Below, piece by piece: positions 39,942 to 49,385 of a DNA stretch of 64,000 nt (position 1 is the first letter of the stretch; every line of letters starts with the position of its first letter). The notes below the pieces were generated by a model. That model was not told the origin of the DNA. It saw only the letters and a program-made list of their open reading frames with translations, and made no database searches. The position numbers were made by a program, and so were the translations under genes. Origin of the DNA: Candidatus Aminicenantes bacterium (GTDB taxonomy: Bacteria > Acidobacteriota > Aminicenantia > Aminicenantales > Saccharicenantaceae); contig PNJE01000009.1 in assembly GCA_002877915.1 (NCBI GenBank), positions 3,061 through 67,060 on the forward strand. The letters are read 5' to 3'.

Positions 39942-39968
39942 GGACTTAAAATTTGAGACTTTGGTTCA
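39942..39968 (-). promoter_or_regulatory. weak ECF-type promoter-like motif upstream of the sigma gene
   Basis: On the minus strand: TGAACC (39968-39963), 16 nt, AGTCC (39946-39942). This resembles GAAC-N16/17-GTC ECF promoters. Pattern match only. Confidence 0.25.
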
Positions 39969-40019
39969 AATCTAATACTCAGAGTTGAATCTGGTTCCCA
40001 AAGAGTTTATAATTAAATT

Positions 40020-41225
40020 ATGAAATGGGAAGATTTGGCTAAAGAATTAACCCAACCAACAGATTCGAAAATCGTCCTTTTGGTCATGGATGGATTAGGA
40101 GGGCTTCCAGTCAACGGGTTCACTGAACTGAAGCTGCCCATAAACCGAATCTGGACGAAACGGCTCGAAAGAGGAATATGTGGGGTAACGGACCCGGTTT
40201 TTATGGGAATTACTCCTGGTTCCGGTCCAGCTCATCTGGCCATTTTTGGATATGACCCTCTTTATTACCAGCTCGGCCGTGGTATCTTAGAAGCTATGGG
40301 AACCGGAGTTGAAGTCGGCCGGGAAGATGTGGTGGCCCGGGGTAATTTTGCCACTCTTAAGGATGGAATAGTTGTTGACCGCCGAGCCGGCCGCATTTCC
40401 ACGGAAGAAAATATCAGGTTGTGTGCTTTCCTCAATCAGACCATCCAGGAAATTGACGGAGTTAAATTTTCTTTTTATTCGGGTAAAGAACATCGCTTTG
40501 TCTTAAAAATTACCGGGCCAGGACTCTCTGACGCCCTCACCGATGCTGATCCTCAGAAGGAAGGTAAGCCTCCTGTTCCGGCAACGGCTGTTGCCCCAGA
40601 AGCCGAATTTACCGCCGCGGTTATAAATAAATTCCTGGAAAGGCTTAAACCGGTTTTAAAAAACGAGCCCAAAGCCAATTATGCTCTTCTTCGAGGCTTC
40701 TCTAAATTCCCATCTCATCTCCCGCCGATGACCGAGATTTATAATTTCAAACCAGCAGCCATCGCCAATTACCCCATGTATCGGGGATTAACTCGATTGT
40801 TAGGGATGGATGTCCTCAACGTTGGGCCTGAAACTGAAGAAATTTTTTCTGTATTAGAAAAAAATTATGACCGCTACAACTTTTTTTACCTTCATTTCAA
40901 AAAGACAGATTCCGCTGGCGAAGACGGCCGTTATGAAGATAAGATTAAAGCCATCGAGGAAATTGATCGCTTCATTCCTCGGCTGTGGGCTCTTCAACCA
41001 GATGTTCTGGTAATTACTTCCGATCATTCAACCCCGGCCGTCCTAAAATCTCATTCCTGGCACCCCAACCCCTTTGTTCTTGTGTCTGCTACCGCTGCTC
41101 CCGATGAGGTTGAGCACTTCACCGAAAGAGAGTGTGCCAAGGGCCGGCTGGGCCGATTCCCTTCCCTGCACATCATGCCCTTGATGCTGGCTCATGCCTT
41201 AAAACTTAAAAAATACGGGGCCTGA
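40020..41225 (+). CDS. apgM: cofactor-independent phosphoglycerate mutase, archaeal/ApgM type (metalloenzyme superfamily)
   Basis: 401 aa. Motifs LLVMDGLGGLP, GITPGSGPAHLAIFGYDP, DRRAGRI, TSDHSTP. Codons 40131-40172 appear to be read out of the ancestral frame (see findings). Confidence 0.88.
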   Translation: MKWEDLAKELTQPTDSKIVLLVMDGLGGLPVNGFTELKLPINRIWTKRLERGICGVTDPVFMGITPGSGPAHLAIFGYDPLYYQLGRGILEAMGTGVEVGREDVVARGNFATLKDGIVVDRRAGRISTEENIRLCAFLNQTIQEIDGVKFSFYSGKEHRFVLKITGPGLSDALTDADPQKEGKPPVPATAVAPEAEFTAAVINKFLERLKPVLKNEPKANYALLRGFSKFPSHLPPMTEIYNFKPAAIANYPMYRGLTRLLGMDVLNVGPETEEIFSVLEKNYDRYNFFYLHFKKTDSAGEDGRYEDKIKAIEEIDRFIPRLWALQPDVLVITSDHSTPAVLKSHSWHPNPFVLVSATAAPDEVEHFTERECAKGRLGRFPSLHIMPLMLAHALKLKKYGA

Positions 41226-41298
41226 TTTTTCTTTTCTGTTGCCTTTGGCCAGCTTTGCTGGTATTTATCTTTATTAGAGGAATATAAAAACAAGGTTA

Positions 41299-42537
41299 AT
41301 GCGGGTTAAATCGGGCCTTCTATTATTATCATTTGTTATTTTCGTAACACTCCTGTCTTCGGCCCGGGAGCCGAGCGATCCCCGAGCCGAAATTACGGCC
41401 GTTCGTTATCACCAACACCCGGATTTCTTCCGGATTGTGCTCCAGATGGAAAAAGTGCGAGAATATTATTCAGCCGAGCTGAAAAATCCTGACCGTTTTT
41501 ACCTTGATCTTTATCAGGCCAAGCTCTCTCCGGACTTACAGGGAAAAAATTATCAGCTTTCTTCATCCTTTCTAAAATCAATTCAACTGAGCCAGAAGAA
41601 TTCTTCCACTGTTCGCCTGAGCTTAGAGTTTTCCTCAAACTTCAAAAGCCAGGAAAAAATCTACTATCTTAAAAATCCAATCCGGCTGGTGATCGATATT
41701 TCTAATGGTAACCCGGCGATCAAACCAAAAACACCGGCTCCCTCCCTTTCTTCTTCCAAACCGGCTGCTTCTTCATCTTCCTCTAATGCCTTAGAACAAC
41801 CACCAAAGGCAGCCAGCCCATCAACTTCCGGCTATTCGCTTGTCCGGCAGCTGGGCCTGGGGGTAAGAAGAATCGTACTGGATCCGGGTCATGGCGGAGC
41901 TGACCCCGGTTGTATTAGTCCATCCGGGCTTAAAGAAAAAGATGTAGCTTTAGACCTCGCCCGAAGATTAAAAAAAATCCTGGAAGCTCAAGGAGGTTTT
42001 GAGGTCATCCTCACTCGGGATGGAGATTTTACCCTGCCGCTGGAAAAAAGAACCGCCCTGGCCAATCAAAAAGGGGCCGATTTGTTCATCTCTATTCATC
42101 TTAACGCCAGCCCCAGGAAAAACCGGACCGGAGTAGAAACTTTTTATTTGAATTTTAGCCCCGATCCAGCAGTCAATGAGCTGGCCGCCCTGGAAAACGC
42201 TTCTTCTAATAAAAATATCAGAGAAATAAAGCAAATTGTGGAGAAAATTATCAAAAACTCAAAATACGAGGAATCCAAAGATCTGGCCGAAAAAATCCAC
42301 CACAGTCTTCTCCACCAACTGCGGCAAAATTTCGGGCCGCGCGATGATCTCGGCGTCAAGGGAGGCCCTTTCTGGGTTCTCATCGGCAGCGAGATGCCCG
42401 CTGTTCTAGTGGAAGCTTCGCATTTGTCTAACCCAAAAGAAGAAGAAGCTTTAAAAACGGATTTGTATCGAGAATCTATAGCTACCGGTCTTTTCCGTGG
42501 TATCATAGAATATGTTAAATCCTTAGGAAAAGGATAG
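41299..42537 (+). CDS. N-acetylmuramoyl-L-alanine amidase with N-terminal AMIN domain (AmiC-like)
   Basis: 412 aa. Signal peptide, AMIN-like region (RIVLQM...RFYLDL), Pro/Ser/Ala linker, and an Amidase_3 core (LDPGHGG, ISIHLNA). Confidence 0.9.
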   Translation: MRVKSGLLLLSFVIFVTLLSSAREPSDPRAEITAVRYHQHPDFFRIVLQMEKVREYYSAELKNPDRFYLDLYQAKLSPDLQGKNYQLSSSFLKSIQLSQKNSSTVRLSLEFSSNFKSQEKIYYLKNPIRLVIDISNGNPAIKPKTPAPSLSSSKPAASSSSSNALEQPPKAASPSTSGYSLVRQLGLGVRRIVLDPGHGGADPGCISPSGLKEKDVALDLARRLKKILEAQGGFEVILTRDGDFTLPLEKRTALANQKGADLFISIHLNASPRKNRTGVETFYLNFSPDPAVNELAALENASSNKNIREIKQIVEKIIKNSKYEESKDLAEKIHHSLLHQLRQNFGPRDDLGVKGGPFWVLIGSEMPAVLVEASHLSNPKEEEALKTDLYRESIATGLFRGIIEYVKSLGKG

Positions 42538-42541
42538 AAAA

Positions 42542-43435
42542 ATGGACAGACGAGATTTTATCAGAAACTTATTTTTAGCCGGCTTGACAGCAAAAATAGC
42601 CCCTCAGCTTTTTTCTCAAGTATCTTCAACCGGGTGGCCGGAACTGGCTGTAGTCCAGGGAGATTCACCAGCTGCTATTACCAAAGAGGCTCTCGCCGCT
42701 CTGGGGGGAATGAAACGTTTTGTCAAGCGAGGTGATAAAGTTCTCATTAAACCAAACATTGGCTGGGACCGAACGCCAGAAATGGCTGCCTGCACCAATC
42801 CAGAAGTAGTCAAAGCCCTGGTAGAACTGGCCTTAGACGCAGGAGCCAAAGAAGTAATTGTCATAGACCACACGATCAATCAGCCAAAGCGTTGTTATGT
42901 TCGCTCTGGCATTCAAGAGGCCGCCAGCCAGGCTGGGGCTAAGGTTCTATTCGCTGAAGACCAGCGCTTGAAGAATGTAGCCTTGAAAGGAGAATGGCTT
43001 AAAGAATGGGAAGTCTATCAGGATTTTATGGAAGTCGACAAGTTGATTAATGTTCCAATAGCTAAGGTCCACAGCCTGTCAAAAGTAACCTTAGGGATGA
43101 AAAACTGGCTGGGAGCGGTGGGCGGAAGTCGCAACCAGCTCCATCAAAAAATAGATCAAGCGATGGTGGATTTAGCCGCCTTTTTCCGCCCGGCTTTAAC
43201 TGTTCTCGATGGTTATCGAATTCTCTTCCGAAATGGACCCCAGGGAGGGTTAATCTCTGATACTAAACTTATGAAAACTGTGGTAGCTGGAATCGACCCA
43301 GTGGCGGTCGATGCTTATGGGGCAACTTTCTTCGATTATAAACCCCAGGACCTTCTTTTTTTAAGACTGGCTCAAGAAAGAGGCCTGGGGAAAAATCAGC
43401 TGGAGAAAGTCAAAATTGAAAAGAGAAAAATCTAA
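42542..43435 (+). CDS. Tat-signal DUF362-domain protein
   Basis: 297 aa. Twin-arginine leader MDRRDFIRNLFLAGL. The body matches my recollection of the DUF362 pattern (VLIKPNIG..., INVPIAKVHS...). 20-nt overlap with the next gene. Confidence 0.75.
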   Translation: MDRRDFIRNLFLAGLTAKIAPQLFSQVSSTGWPELAVVQGDSPAAITKEALAALGGMKRFVKRGDKVLIKPNIGWDRTPEMAACTNPEVVKALVELALDAGAKEVIVIDHTINQPKRCYVRSGIQEAASQAGAKVLFAEDQRLKNVALKGEWLKEWEVYQDFMEVDKLINVPIAKVHSLSKVTLGMKNWLGAVGGSRNQLHQKIDQAMVDLAAFFRPALTVLDGYRILFRNGPQGGLISDTKLMKTVVAGIDPVAVDAYGATFFDYKPQDLLFLRLAQERGLGKNQLEKVKIEKRKI

Positions 43436-45008
43436 AAAGTATTTCTGGCTTCAGCATTTAAGGATTTTTTCCCAACTGGTATTCTTCAGTCTTTTTTTTA
43501 TTCTCTTTCTCAAGACACATTATGCGGGCGAAGATTATCTCAAAACCACAGTGGAAAGATATTTCCATTTTGATCCTCTCTTAGCGCTGACCACTTTTAT
43601 TGGTTCCCGATTAATTTTTGCCGCCCTGCTTTACTCTGGAATCACTCTTCTGTTGACCCTTTTATTCGGGCGATTTGTCTGCGGCTGGGTTTGTCCGCTG
43701 GGAGCTCTGCACCAATTTTTCTCTTTTATTTTCAAAAAGACTCGCTGGCTGCGGCCAAAAAGAGATGACCAGATGTCTTTAGCTCCTAAATACTTTATTC
43801 TGATAATAATTCTGGTGGCTTCCATTTTGAGCGTTAATCTCGCTGGCTATCTTGACCCCTTGTCTTTCCTTTATCGGTCATTCAGCGTGTATATATCTCC
43901 AGTTTTAAACCAGATCTTACTGCAATCAGGGAACTTGGCTTATGCCCTGGGTCTTAAAACCTTAGGTCAAAATATCGGGCAGGCTATGGGAAATCTGGCC
44001 CTAAATGGAGTCTTTCAGAATGCCTTCTTAATTGGATTGATATTCCTCATTGCCCTGGCTCTTAATGCCTGGAAAGAAAGATTCTGGTGCCGCTACCTCT
44101 GCCCGGCTGGAGCTTTACTCGGCCTTTTTTCCAGGTTCAATTTGTTTAAACTGAAAATTGATCCGGATAAATGTATCGACTGCCACCTTTGTTCTATTCA
44201 ATGCGAAACTAACGCCCAACCTTATCCAGCCGACAAATGGAGAAGTTCGGAGTGCATTTATTGTGACACCTGTGCCGCTATTTGCCCGACCGGAGCTATT
44301 AGCTTCCCTCTAAGATGGCAAGCGGAAAAAATAAAAGGAGTCGATCTGAGCCGCAGGAAAGTTTTATTATCTTCGCTGACCGCTTTATTGATCGCCCCTA
44401 TTTTTAAAATAACCTGGCATCGGCAACGTTCTTATCCAGCTCTAATCCGACCGCCCGGAGCCTTGCCCGAAGAAGAATTTCTAACTAAGTGTGTAAGATG
44501 CGGTGAGTGCCTCAAGGCCTGCCCGACCAACGGCTTGCAACCAGCGTTAACCGAAGCCGGTCCAGAAGGAATCTGGACCCCGGTGCTGGTACCTAAGATC
44601 GGTTACTGCGAATATTATTGCTCACTCTGTACCCAGGTTTGCCCGACCGGAGCTATCCGTGAATTAACTATCGAAGAAAAAACCAAGGTAAAAATCGGAA
44701 CGGCCTGGGTTGATAGAAGCCGTTGCCTGCCCTATGCCCTCGGCAAATCCTGCATTGTTTGCGAAGAACACTGTCCAGTTTCGCCTAAAGCCATCCAGCT
44801 CATAAAAGTAGAAACTTTGACTCCAGAAGGCAAGGTAGTCTCTAATCTGGCACCTTTCGTCAATGTTGAAACCTGCGTTGGCTGTGGAATTTGTGAAAAT
44901 AAATGCGTGGTGGTTAATGAACCAGCCATCAGAGTTACCAGCATCGGTGAGCAGCGCTCTGAGAAAAACCGCCTTATTCTGGAAATAAGCGGAGAAAATC
45001 AACCCTGA
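43416..45008 (+). CDS. NapH/polyferredoxin-like integral membrane protein with multi-[4Fe-4S] C-terminal domain
   Basis: 530 aa. TTG start with GGAGAAAG upstream. Several TM helices and two CxxxCP motifs (FVCGWVCPLGAL, FWCRYLCPAGAL). About six ferredoxin-type Cys clusters (CIDCHLCSIQC, CIYCDTCAAICP, CVRCGECLKACP, CSLCTQVCP, CIVCEEHCP, CVGCGICENKC). Confidence 0.8.
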   Translation: MKREKSKKYFWLQHLRIFSQLVFFSLFFILFLKTHYAGEDYLKTTVERYFHFDPLLALTTFIGSRLIFAALLYSGITLLLTLLFGRFVCGWVCPLGALHQFFSFIFKKTRWLRPKRDDQMSLAPKYFILIIILVASILSVNLAGYLDPLSFLYRSFSVYISPVLNQILLQSGNLAYALGLKTLGQNIGQAMGNLALNGVFQNAFLIGLIFLIALALNAWKERFWCRYLCPAGALLGLFSRFNLFKLKIDPDKCIDCHLCSIQCETNAQPYPADKWRSSECIYCDTCAAICPTGAISFPLRWQAEKIKGVDLSRRKVLLSSLTALLIAPIFKITWHRQRSYPALIRPPGALPEEEFLTKCVRCGECLKACPTNGLQPALTEAGPEGIWTPVLVPKIGYCEYYCSLCTQVCPTGAIRELTIEEKTKVKIGTAWVDRSRCLPYALGKSCIVCEEHCPVSPKAIQLIKVETLTPEGKVVSNLAPFVNVETCVGCGICENKCVVVNEPAIRVTSIGEQRSEKNRLILEISGENQP

Positions 45009-45214
45009 AGCCACAAGAGAACTTCTTCTTAAGCTGGTGCTGTGCCGGCAAATAAATTAGTTAGCCTTATAAAATTTATATTCTGGGTCAAATAAACTAA
45101 AATTTTTGGGAATAGCTTAGGTCATCTGCCTAAATACCGGCGATGGCCAAACCAAAAGAGCGACTCTTTTTTTATATAAACTTTTTCTGACGGCTCTTTT
45201 TTCTTAGCTTAATT

Positions 45215-46474
45215 TTATTTCTCAAATTTTTTTAAAAGCAGGCAGGCATTTGTCCCGCCAAAACCAAAGGAATTGGTCAGAGCATAGATAATCTCAGCCG
45301 GCCGCGGTTTACCAGGAACATAATCAAGGTCACAATCTGGATCGGGAAATTCATAGTTAATGGTCGGCGGCATTAACTGGTGATAAACACTCAGGGCGGT
45401 AATGGCCGTTTCCAGCCCTCCGGCTGCTCCTAAAAGATGACCAGTCATAGACTTGGTAGAGCTTACGCCGAGCTTATAGGCATGCTCGCCAAAAACCGTT
45501 TTGATAGCTACGGTTTCTGCTTTATCATTATAAGGAGTTGAAGTTCCATGAGCATTTATATACTGCACCTCTTCAGGCGGGACACCGGCATCTTTTAGAG
45601 CCATTTTCATTACCCTGGCCGCACCTTCACCATCAGGGGAAGGGGCAGTAACATGGTAAGCATCACCATTAAGTCCATACCCCACCAATTCGGCGTAAAT
45701 TCTGGCTCCCCGATCAACAGCTGATTCTAAATCTTCCAGCAGTACTATGCCTGCACCTTCGCTCATTACGAATCCGTCTCTTTTGGCATCGAACGGACGA
45801 GAAGCTTTTTCCGGCTCATCGTTTCTTTCTGAAAGCGCTTTCATATTGCAGAATCCGGCCAAGCTTAAAGGAGTAATTGGCGCTTCCGCTCCACCAGCAA
45901 TCATTCGCTCGACAATTCCACTTTGAATCATCCGGAAAGCCTCTCCAATTGCATGTGCTCCGGTGCTACAAGCAGTGGCATTGGATAAATTCGGCCCTGT
46001 TGCTCCAAATCTAATAGAAATATGGGCTGGGGCTTCGTTGATGATCGTTTGAATGATAAAGAAAGGGGAGACTCTCTCGGGACCTTTTTCCATAAGTATT
46101 CGGTGAGTTTCTTCAATAGAGCCTATCCCGCCAATTCCTGAGCCAATATATACGCCCGTCCGCTCTCCTTTTAGTTGTTCAGCCGATATTCCGGAGTCAT
46201 CGACTGCCAGCTGAGCAGCTACAATGGCATATTGAATGAATAAATCCATTTTCCGGGTCTCTTTCCGGTCAATGAATTGCTGGGCATCAAAATTCTTAAT
46301 TTCTCCGGCGATTCTGGTCGAAAAGCGGGAAGTATCAAATCTGCTTATCAGGCTGATAGCCGAACGTCCTTCGAGGAGAGCCGACCAGTTAGCCTCTTTA
46401 CCCAGACCCAGGGGAGAAACCAGGCCGATTCCAGTTACCACCACTCTTCTTTTTTTGTTCAAGTAGGCCCCCAT
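45215..46474 (-). CDS. fabF: beta-ketoacyl-ACP synthase II
   Basis: 419 aa. Active-site context [28 protein letters not shown]. Confidence 0.96.
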   Translation of the reverse strand: MGAYLNKKRRVVVTGIGLVSPLGLGKEANWSALLEGRSAISLISRFDTSRFSTRIAGEIKNFDAQQFIDRKETRKMDLFIQYAIVAAQLAVDDSGISAEQLKGERTGVYIGSGIGGIGSIEETHRILMEKGPERVSPFFIIQTIINEAPAHISIRFGATGPNLSNATACSTGAHAIGEAFRMIQSGIVERMIAGGAEAPITPLSLAGFCNMKALSERNDEPEKASRPFDAKRDGFVMSEGAGIVLLEDLESAVDRGARIYAELVGYGLNGDAYHVTAPSPDGEGAARVMKMALKDAGVPPEEVQYINAHGTSTPYNDKAETVAIKTVFGEHAYKLGVSSTKSMTGHLLGAAGGLETAITALSVYHQLMPPTINYEFPDPDCDLDYVPGKPRPAEIIYALTNSFGFGGTNACLLLKKFEK

Positions 46475-46513
46475 AGGATTTTAAAGAGAAAATTGATGAC
46501 TCGAAAAATTTTA

Positions 46514-46762
46514 TTACTTGCTTTTAAGATGGTCCTGAATATAATCGATGGCTTTCCCTACGGTATTCAGCTTTTCAGCTTCATCATCGGGTATGTTCAG
46601 GCCAAACTCATCTTCTAAAGCCATGATCAACTCGACCGTGTCCAGAGAATCTGCTCCCAGATCCTGGGTGAATGAGGCGTTTTCCGTGACCTGATCTTCG
46701 CTAATATTCAGTTTGTCGGCAACGATAGCTTTAACTTTCTTCAAAAGTTCTTCTCTTTCCAT
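46514..46762 (-). CDS. acpP: acyl carrier protein
   Basis: 82 aa with the phosphopantetheine site [16 protein letters not shown]. Confidence 0.97.
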   Translation of the reverse strand: MEREELLKKVKAIVADKLNISEDQVTENASFTQDLGADSLDTVELIMALEDEFGLNIPDDEAEKLNTVGKAIDYIQDHLKSK

Positions 46763-46782
46763 AATTACCTCCTAAAAATTTT

Positions 46783-47523
46783 TTACATATACATTCCGCC
46801 GTTGACACTGATCACCTGCCCGGTGATGTAGGCGGCCTCATCCGAACATAAAAATTTGACTACCCAGGCCACTTCCACAGGAAGGCCAAACCGTTTCATG
46901 GGGATAATTTCCAGAAAAGCCTTTTTAACTTCATCTGGCAATTTTTCTGTCATCTGGGTAGCAATATAACCCGGGGCAACACAATTAACCGTAATCCCAC
47001 GAGGAGCTACTTCCCGGGCGAGCGATTTAGAAAACCCAATTAGCCCGGCTTTGGAAGCCGCATAATTAGCCTGGCCAAAATTACCCATTAATCCTACTAC
47101 CGAAGAAACATTTACTATGCGGCCGAACCGAGTTGAAAACATATGTTTCAAAACAGCTCGAGAAAAGTTAAAAGCCCCCTTAAGATTAACCGCCAGCACC
47201 AGATCCCAGTCCTCTTCTTTCATCCGCAGCAACAAGGAATCTCTGGTAATGCCAGCATTATTGATTAAAAAATCAATCTTTCCTAATTCCCTAATGGCTT
47301 TCTCGGTTACCTCATTAACCTGGTCAAACCTGGTAACATCTGCAACTAAGGGCAATGCTTTGATTCCTTCGCTACTTAGCCTCTCAGCTACCTTTCCCAA
47401 TTTATCTCGCTGAATATCCACCAGGACCACCGCGGACCCTGCCCGACCAAGTTCCTCGGCGATAGCTTCACCTATGCCCTGAGAAGCCCCGGTTATCAAG
47501 GCGACTCGCTTAGTAAATATCAT
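46783..47523 (-). CDS. fabG: 3-oxoacyl-ACP reductase
   Basis: 246 aa SDR. TGASQGIG, NNAG, YAASKAG, and a ...GGMYM C-terminus. Confidence 0.94.
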   Translation of the reverse strand: MIFTKRVALITGASQGIGEAIAEELGRAGSAVVLVDIQRDKLGKVAERLSSEGIKALPLVADVTRFDQVNEVTEKAIRELGKIDFLINNAGITRDSLLLRMKEEDWDLVLAVNLKGAFNFSRAVLKHMFSTRFGRIVNVSSVVGLMGNFGQANYAASKAGLIGFSKSLAREVAPRGITVNCVAPGYIATQMTEKLPDEVKKAFLEIIPMKRFGLPVEVAWVVKFLCSDEAAYITGQVISVNGGMYM

Positions 47524-48533
47524 GCCACCACTCCTTTATTGGCCCGGGCAAATCTCAGCCAGCCTTCCTGAATTCTTTCCTGCAAATGCTCGGCGATTAC
47601 TTCTTTCCCCATTTTGATAGCATTTTTAACCGCCTTCTGGTTGGAACGCCCATGGCCAATAATACAAATTCCATTCACTCCCAACAAGTGCGCACCGCCG
47701 TACTCAGAATAGTCTATCTTTTTATAAATTTTTTTCAAATGGTGTTTTAAAAGAAGGAAACCCAACTTGGCCAGCAGATTTCTGGTTATCTCGCGCCTGG
47801 CCATAGTGAGCATAGTTTCTACTACCCCTTCTGAAACCTTGAGGGCCACATTCCCGGTAAAACCGTCGCTGACAATGACCTCGGCTGCCCCTGAATAAAT
47901 ATCCTTACCTTCGATGTTACCTATGAAATTGAGAGGAGAAGCTTCCAGCCTCTTATAAGTTTCCAGAGTAAGTTCATTGCCCTTAGTTTTTTCCTCGCCG
48001 ATACTCATTAAAGCTATGGTCGGATTGGGACGTTTGAGGGCGACTTCCATAAAAATTTTCCCCATTACGGCAAATTGCATCAAATGCTCGGGCGTACAAT
48101 TGGCGCTTGCCCCAACATCTATGAGCAAAGAAACTCCTTTTAAGGTAGGAATTAGCAGGGCCAGCCCTGGTTTTTCTATTCCTTCCAGGCTTCCCATCAC
48201 TTTTTTGGAGATATAAGTAACGGCTGCCGTGTTACCCATTGAGACCAGGGCCTCGGCTTCTTTCTTTTTAACCAGCTCTGCCCCGATAAAAATCGAGGAA
48301 CGGTTCTTCCGCCTTAATGAAATCAGCCCTTCCCCCATGCTTATGGTTTCAGGGGCGTCAACCAAAGTAACGTTCGCTCCCCTAAAATCCAAGCGCTCTA
48401 TTTCTTTTTTCAGGATTTTTTCCGGACCAATAAGGAGGATTTCCACTCCCTGCTGCTGAGCAGCGTCCAGAGCTCCTTCCACCACTACCCTCGGAGCAAA
48501 ATCGCCGCCCATCGCATCAACTGCGATCCTCAT
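47520..48533 (-). CDS. plsX: phosphate acyltransferase PlsX
   Basis: 337 aa. MRIAVDAMGGDFAP and the PlsX family pattern. 4-nt overlap with fabG. Confidence 0.95.
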   Translation of the reverse strand: MRIAVDAMGGDFAPRVVVEGALDAAQQQGVEILLIGPEKILKKEIERLDFRGANVTLVDAPETISMGEGLISLRRKNRSSIFIGAELVKKKEAEALVSMGNTAAVTYISKKVMGSLEGIEKPGLALLIPTLKGVSLLIDVGASANCTPEHLMQFAVMGKIFMEVALKRPNPTIALMSIGEEKTKGNELTLETYKRLEASPLNFIGNIEGKDIYSGAAEVIVSDGFTGNVALKVSEGVVETMLTMARREITRNLLAKLGFLLLKHHLKKIYKKIDYSEYGGAHLLGVNGICIIGHGRSNQKAVKNAIKMGKEVIAEHLQERIQEGWLRFARANKGVVA

Positions 48534-48545
48534 GATTGTTGCCGT

Positions 48546-48728
48546 TTATTGTTCCGAACCTTCGATGACCTGGCGGCCCTTATAATAACCACATTCGGGA
48601 CAGGCGCGATGGGGCAGCTTCGGGCTCCCACAATTCGGGCAGAGAGAGAAGGAAGGCAGAGAAAGGTGGTCATGAGCTCTTCTTTTTCCTTTTCTTGAAG
48701 GTGAATGTCTGCGTTTTGGGTTTGGCAT
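48546..48728 (-). CDS. rpmF: 50S ribosomal protein L32
   Basis: 60 aa. [19 protein letters not shown] and a zinc ribbon CPNCG...CPECG. Confidence 0.95.
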   Translation of the reverse strand: MPNPKRRHSPSRKGKRRAHDHLSLPSFSLCPNCGSPKLPHRACPECGYYKGRQVIEGSEQ

Positions 48729-49246
48729 TATTTTTTATCTCTCAAAAAAGATTTTAATTTTTCTAACCTGGGGTCCGATTCCTTTATTTCACAGCCGCAA
48801 CGGCCATTTTGAATCAGCTGGCCGCAAACTGGACATAGACCCTCGCAGCCCTCAGAGCAAAGCGGCCTGAGCGGGAGGCTCAGATTTAGTTGTTCCAGCA
48901 CCACTTCTCTAAGATCCAGCTGCTGATGGTAATAGAAGAATTTTTCCAAGTCTTCTTCTTCCAGTTCTTCTTTGATTTCATCCAGTTCCTCTGGCAAATA
49001 AACCAGATCAAAAACAGAATCGACGTTATATTCAAATGGCCGCAGACACCGGCTACAAATAAAGCTTAACCTGGTGGTGATTCTGCCTTTTACCAGCACA
49101 TCTGACCCAACCTTTTTCACCTCAACCACCGCATGGGCCGGCTCCAGGAAGACAGCTTCTTCCTCTACTAGATCCAGACTAAGGAAGTCAAAGTCCTGGT
49201 CAATATGTAATCCCTCTTTGGGGATTTCACTTACATCAATGATCAT
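48728..49246 (-). CDS. yceD: YceD/DUF177 family protein
   Basis: 172 aa. C-terminal Cys cluster ([13 protein letters not shown]...GRCGC) and the conserved position upstream of rpmF. Confidence 0.88.
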   Translation of the reverse strand: MIIDVSEIPKEGLHIDQDFDFLSLDLVEEEAVFLEPAHAVVEVKKVGSDVLVKGRITTRLSFICSRCLRPFEYNVDSVFDLVYLPEELDEIKEELEEEDLEKFFYYHQQLDLREVVLEQLNLSLPLRPLCSEGCEGLCPVCGQLIQNGRCGCEIKESDPRLEKLKSFLRDKK

Positions 49247-49385
49247 CTTTTATCCTTTTTATGACAAAGTATTATACCAGCTTAGACCTGGTTGTCAACT
49301 TAAGATAGCCCTCAAAATCTTAGGGCCCCCACTTGCAGGCAACCTCGGGATAAGTATAATCAATAAGGTGAAACGGTAAGAAGGC

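Noticed and set aside
40122-40131. The tandem ACTGA-ACTGA (cACTGAACTGAag) as a 5-nt duplication causing the apgM frame change.
   Set aside because: A 5-nt duplication model removes the Leu-Glu of the expected TELEAA segment and needs a net +6. The model of a 1-nt loss plus a 1-nt gain reproduces the family pattern without length change, so I prefer it. Both remain hypotheses.
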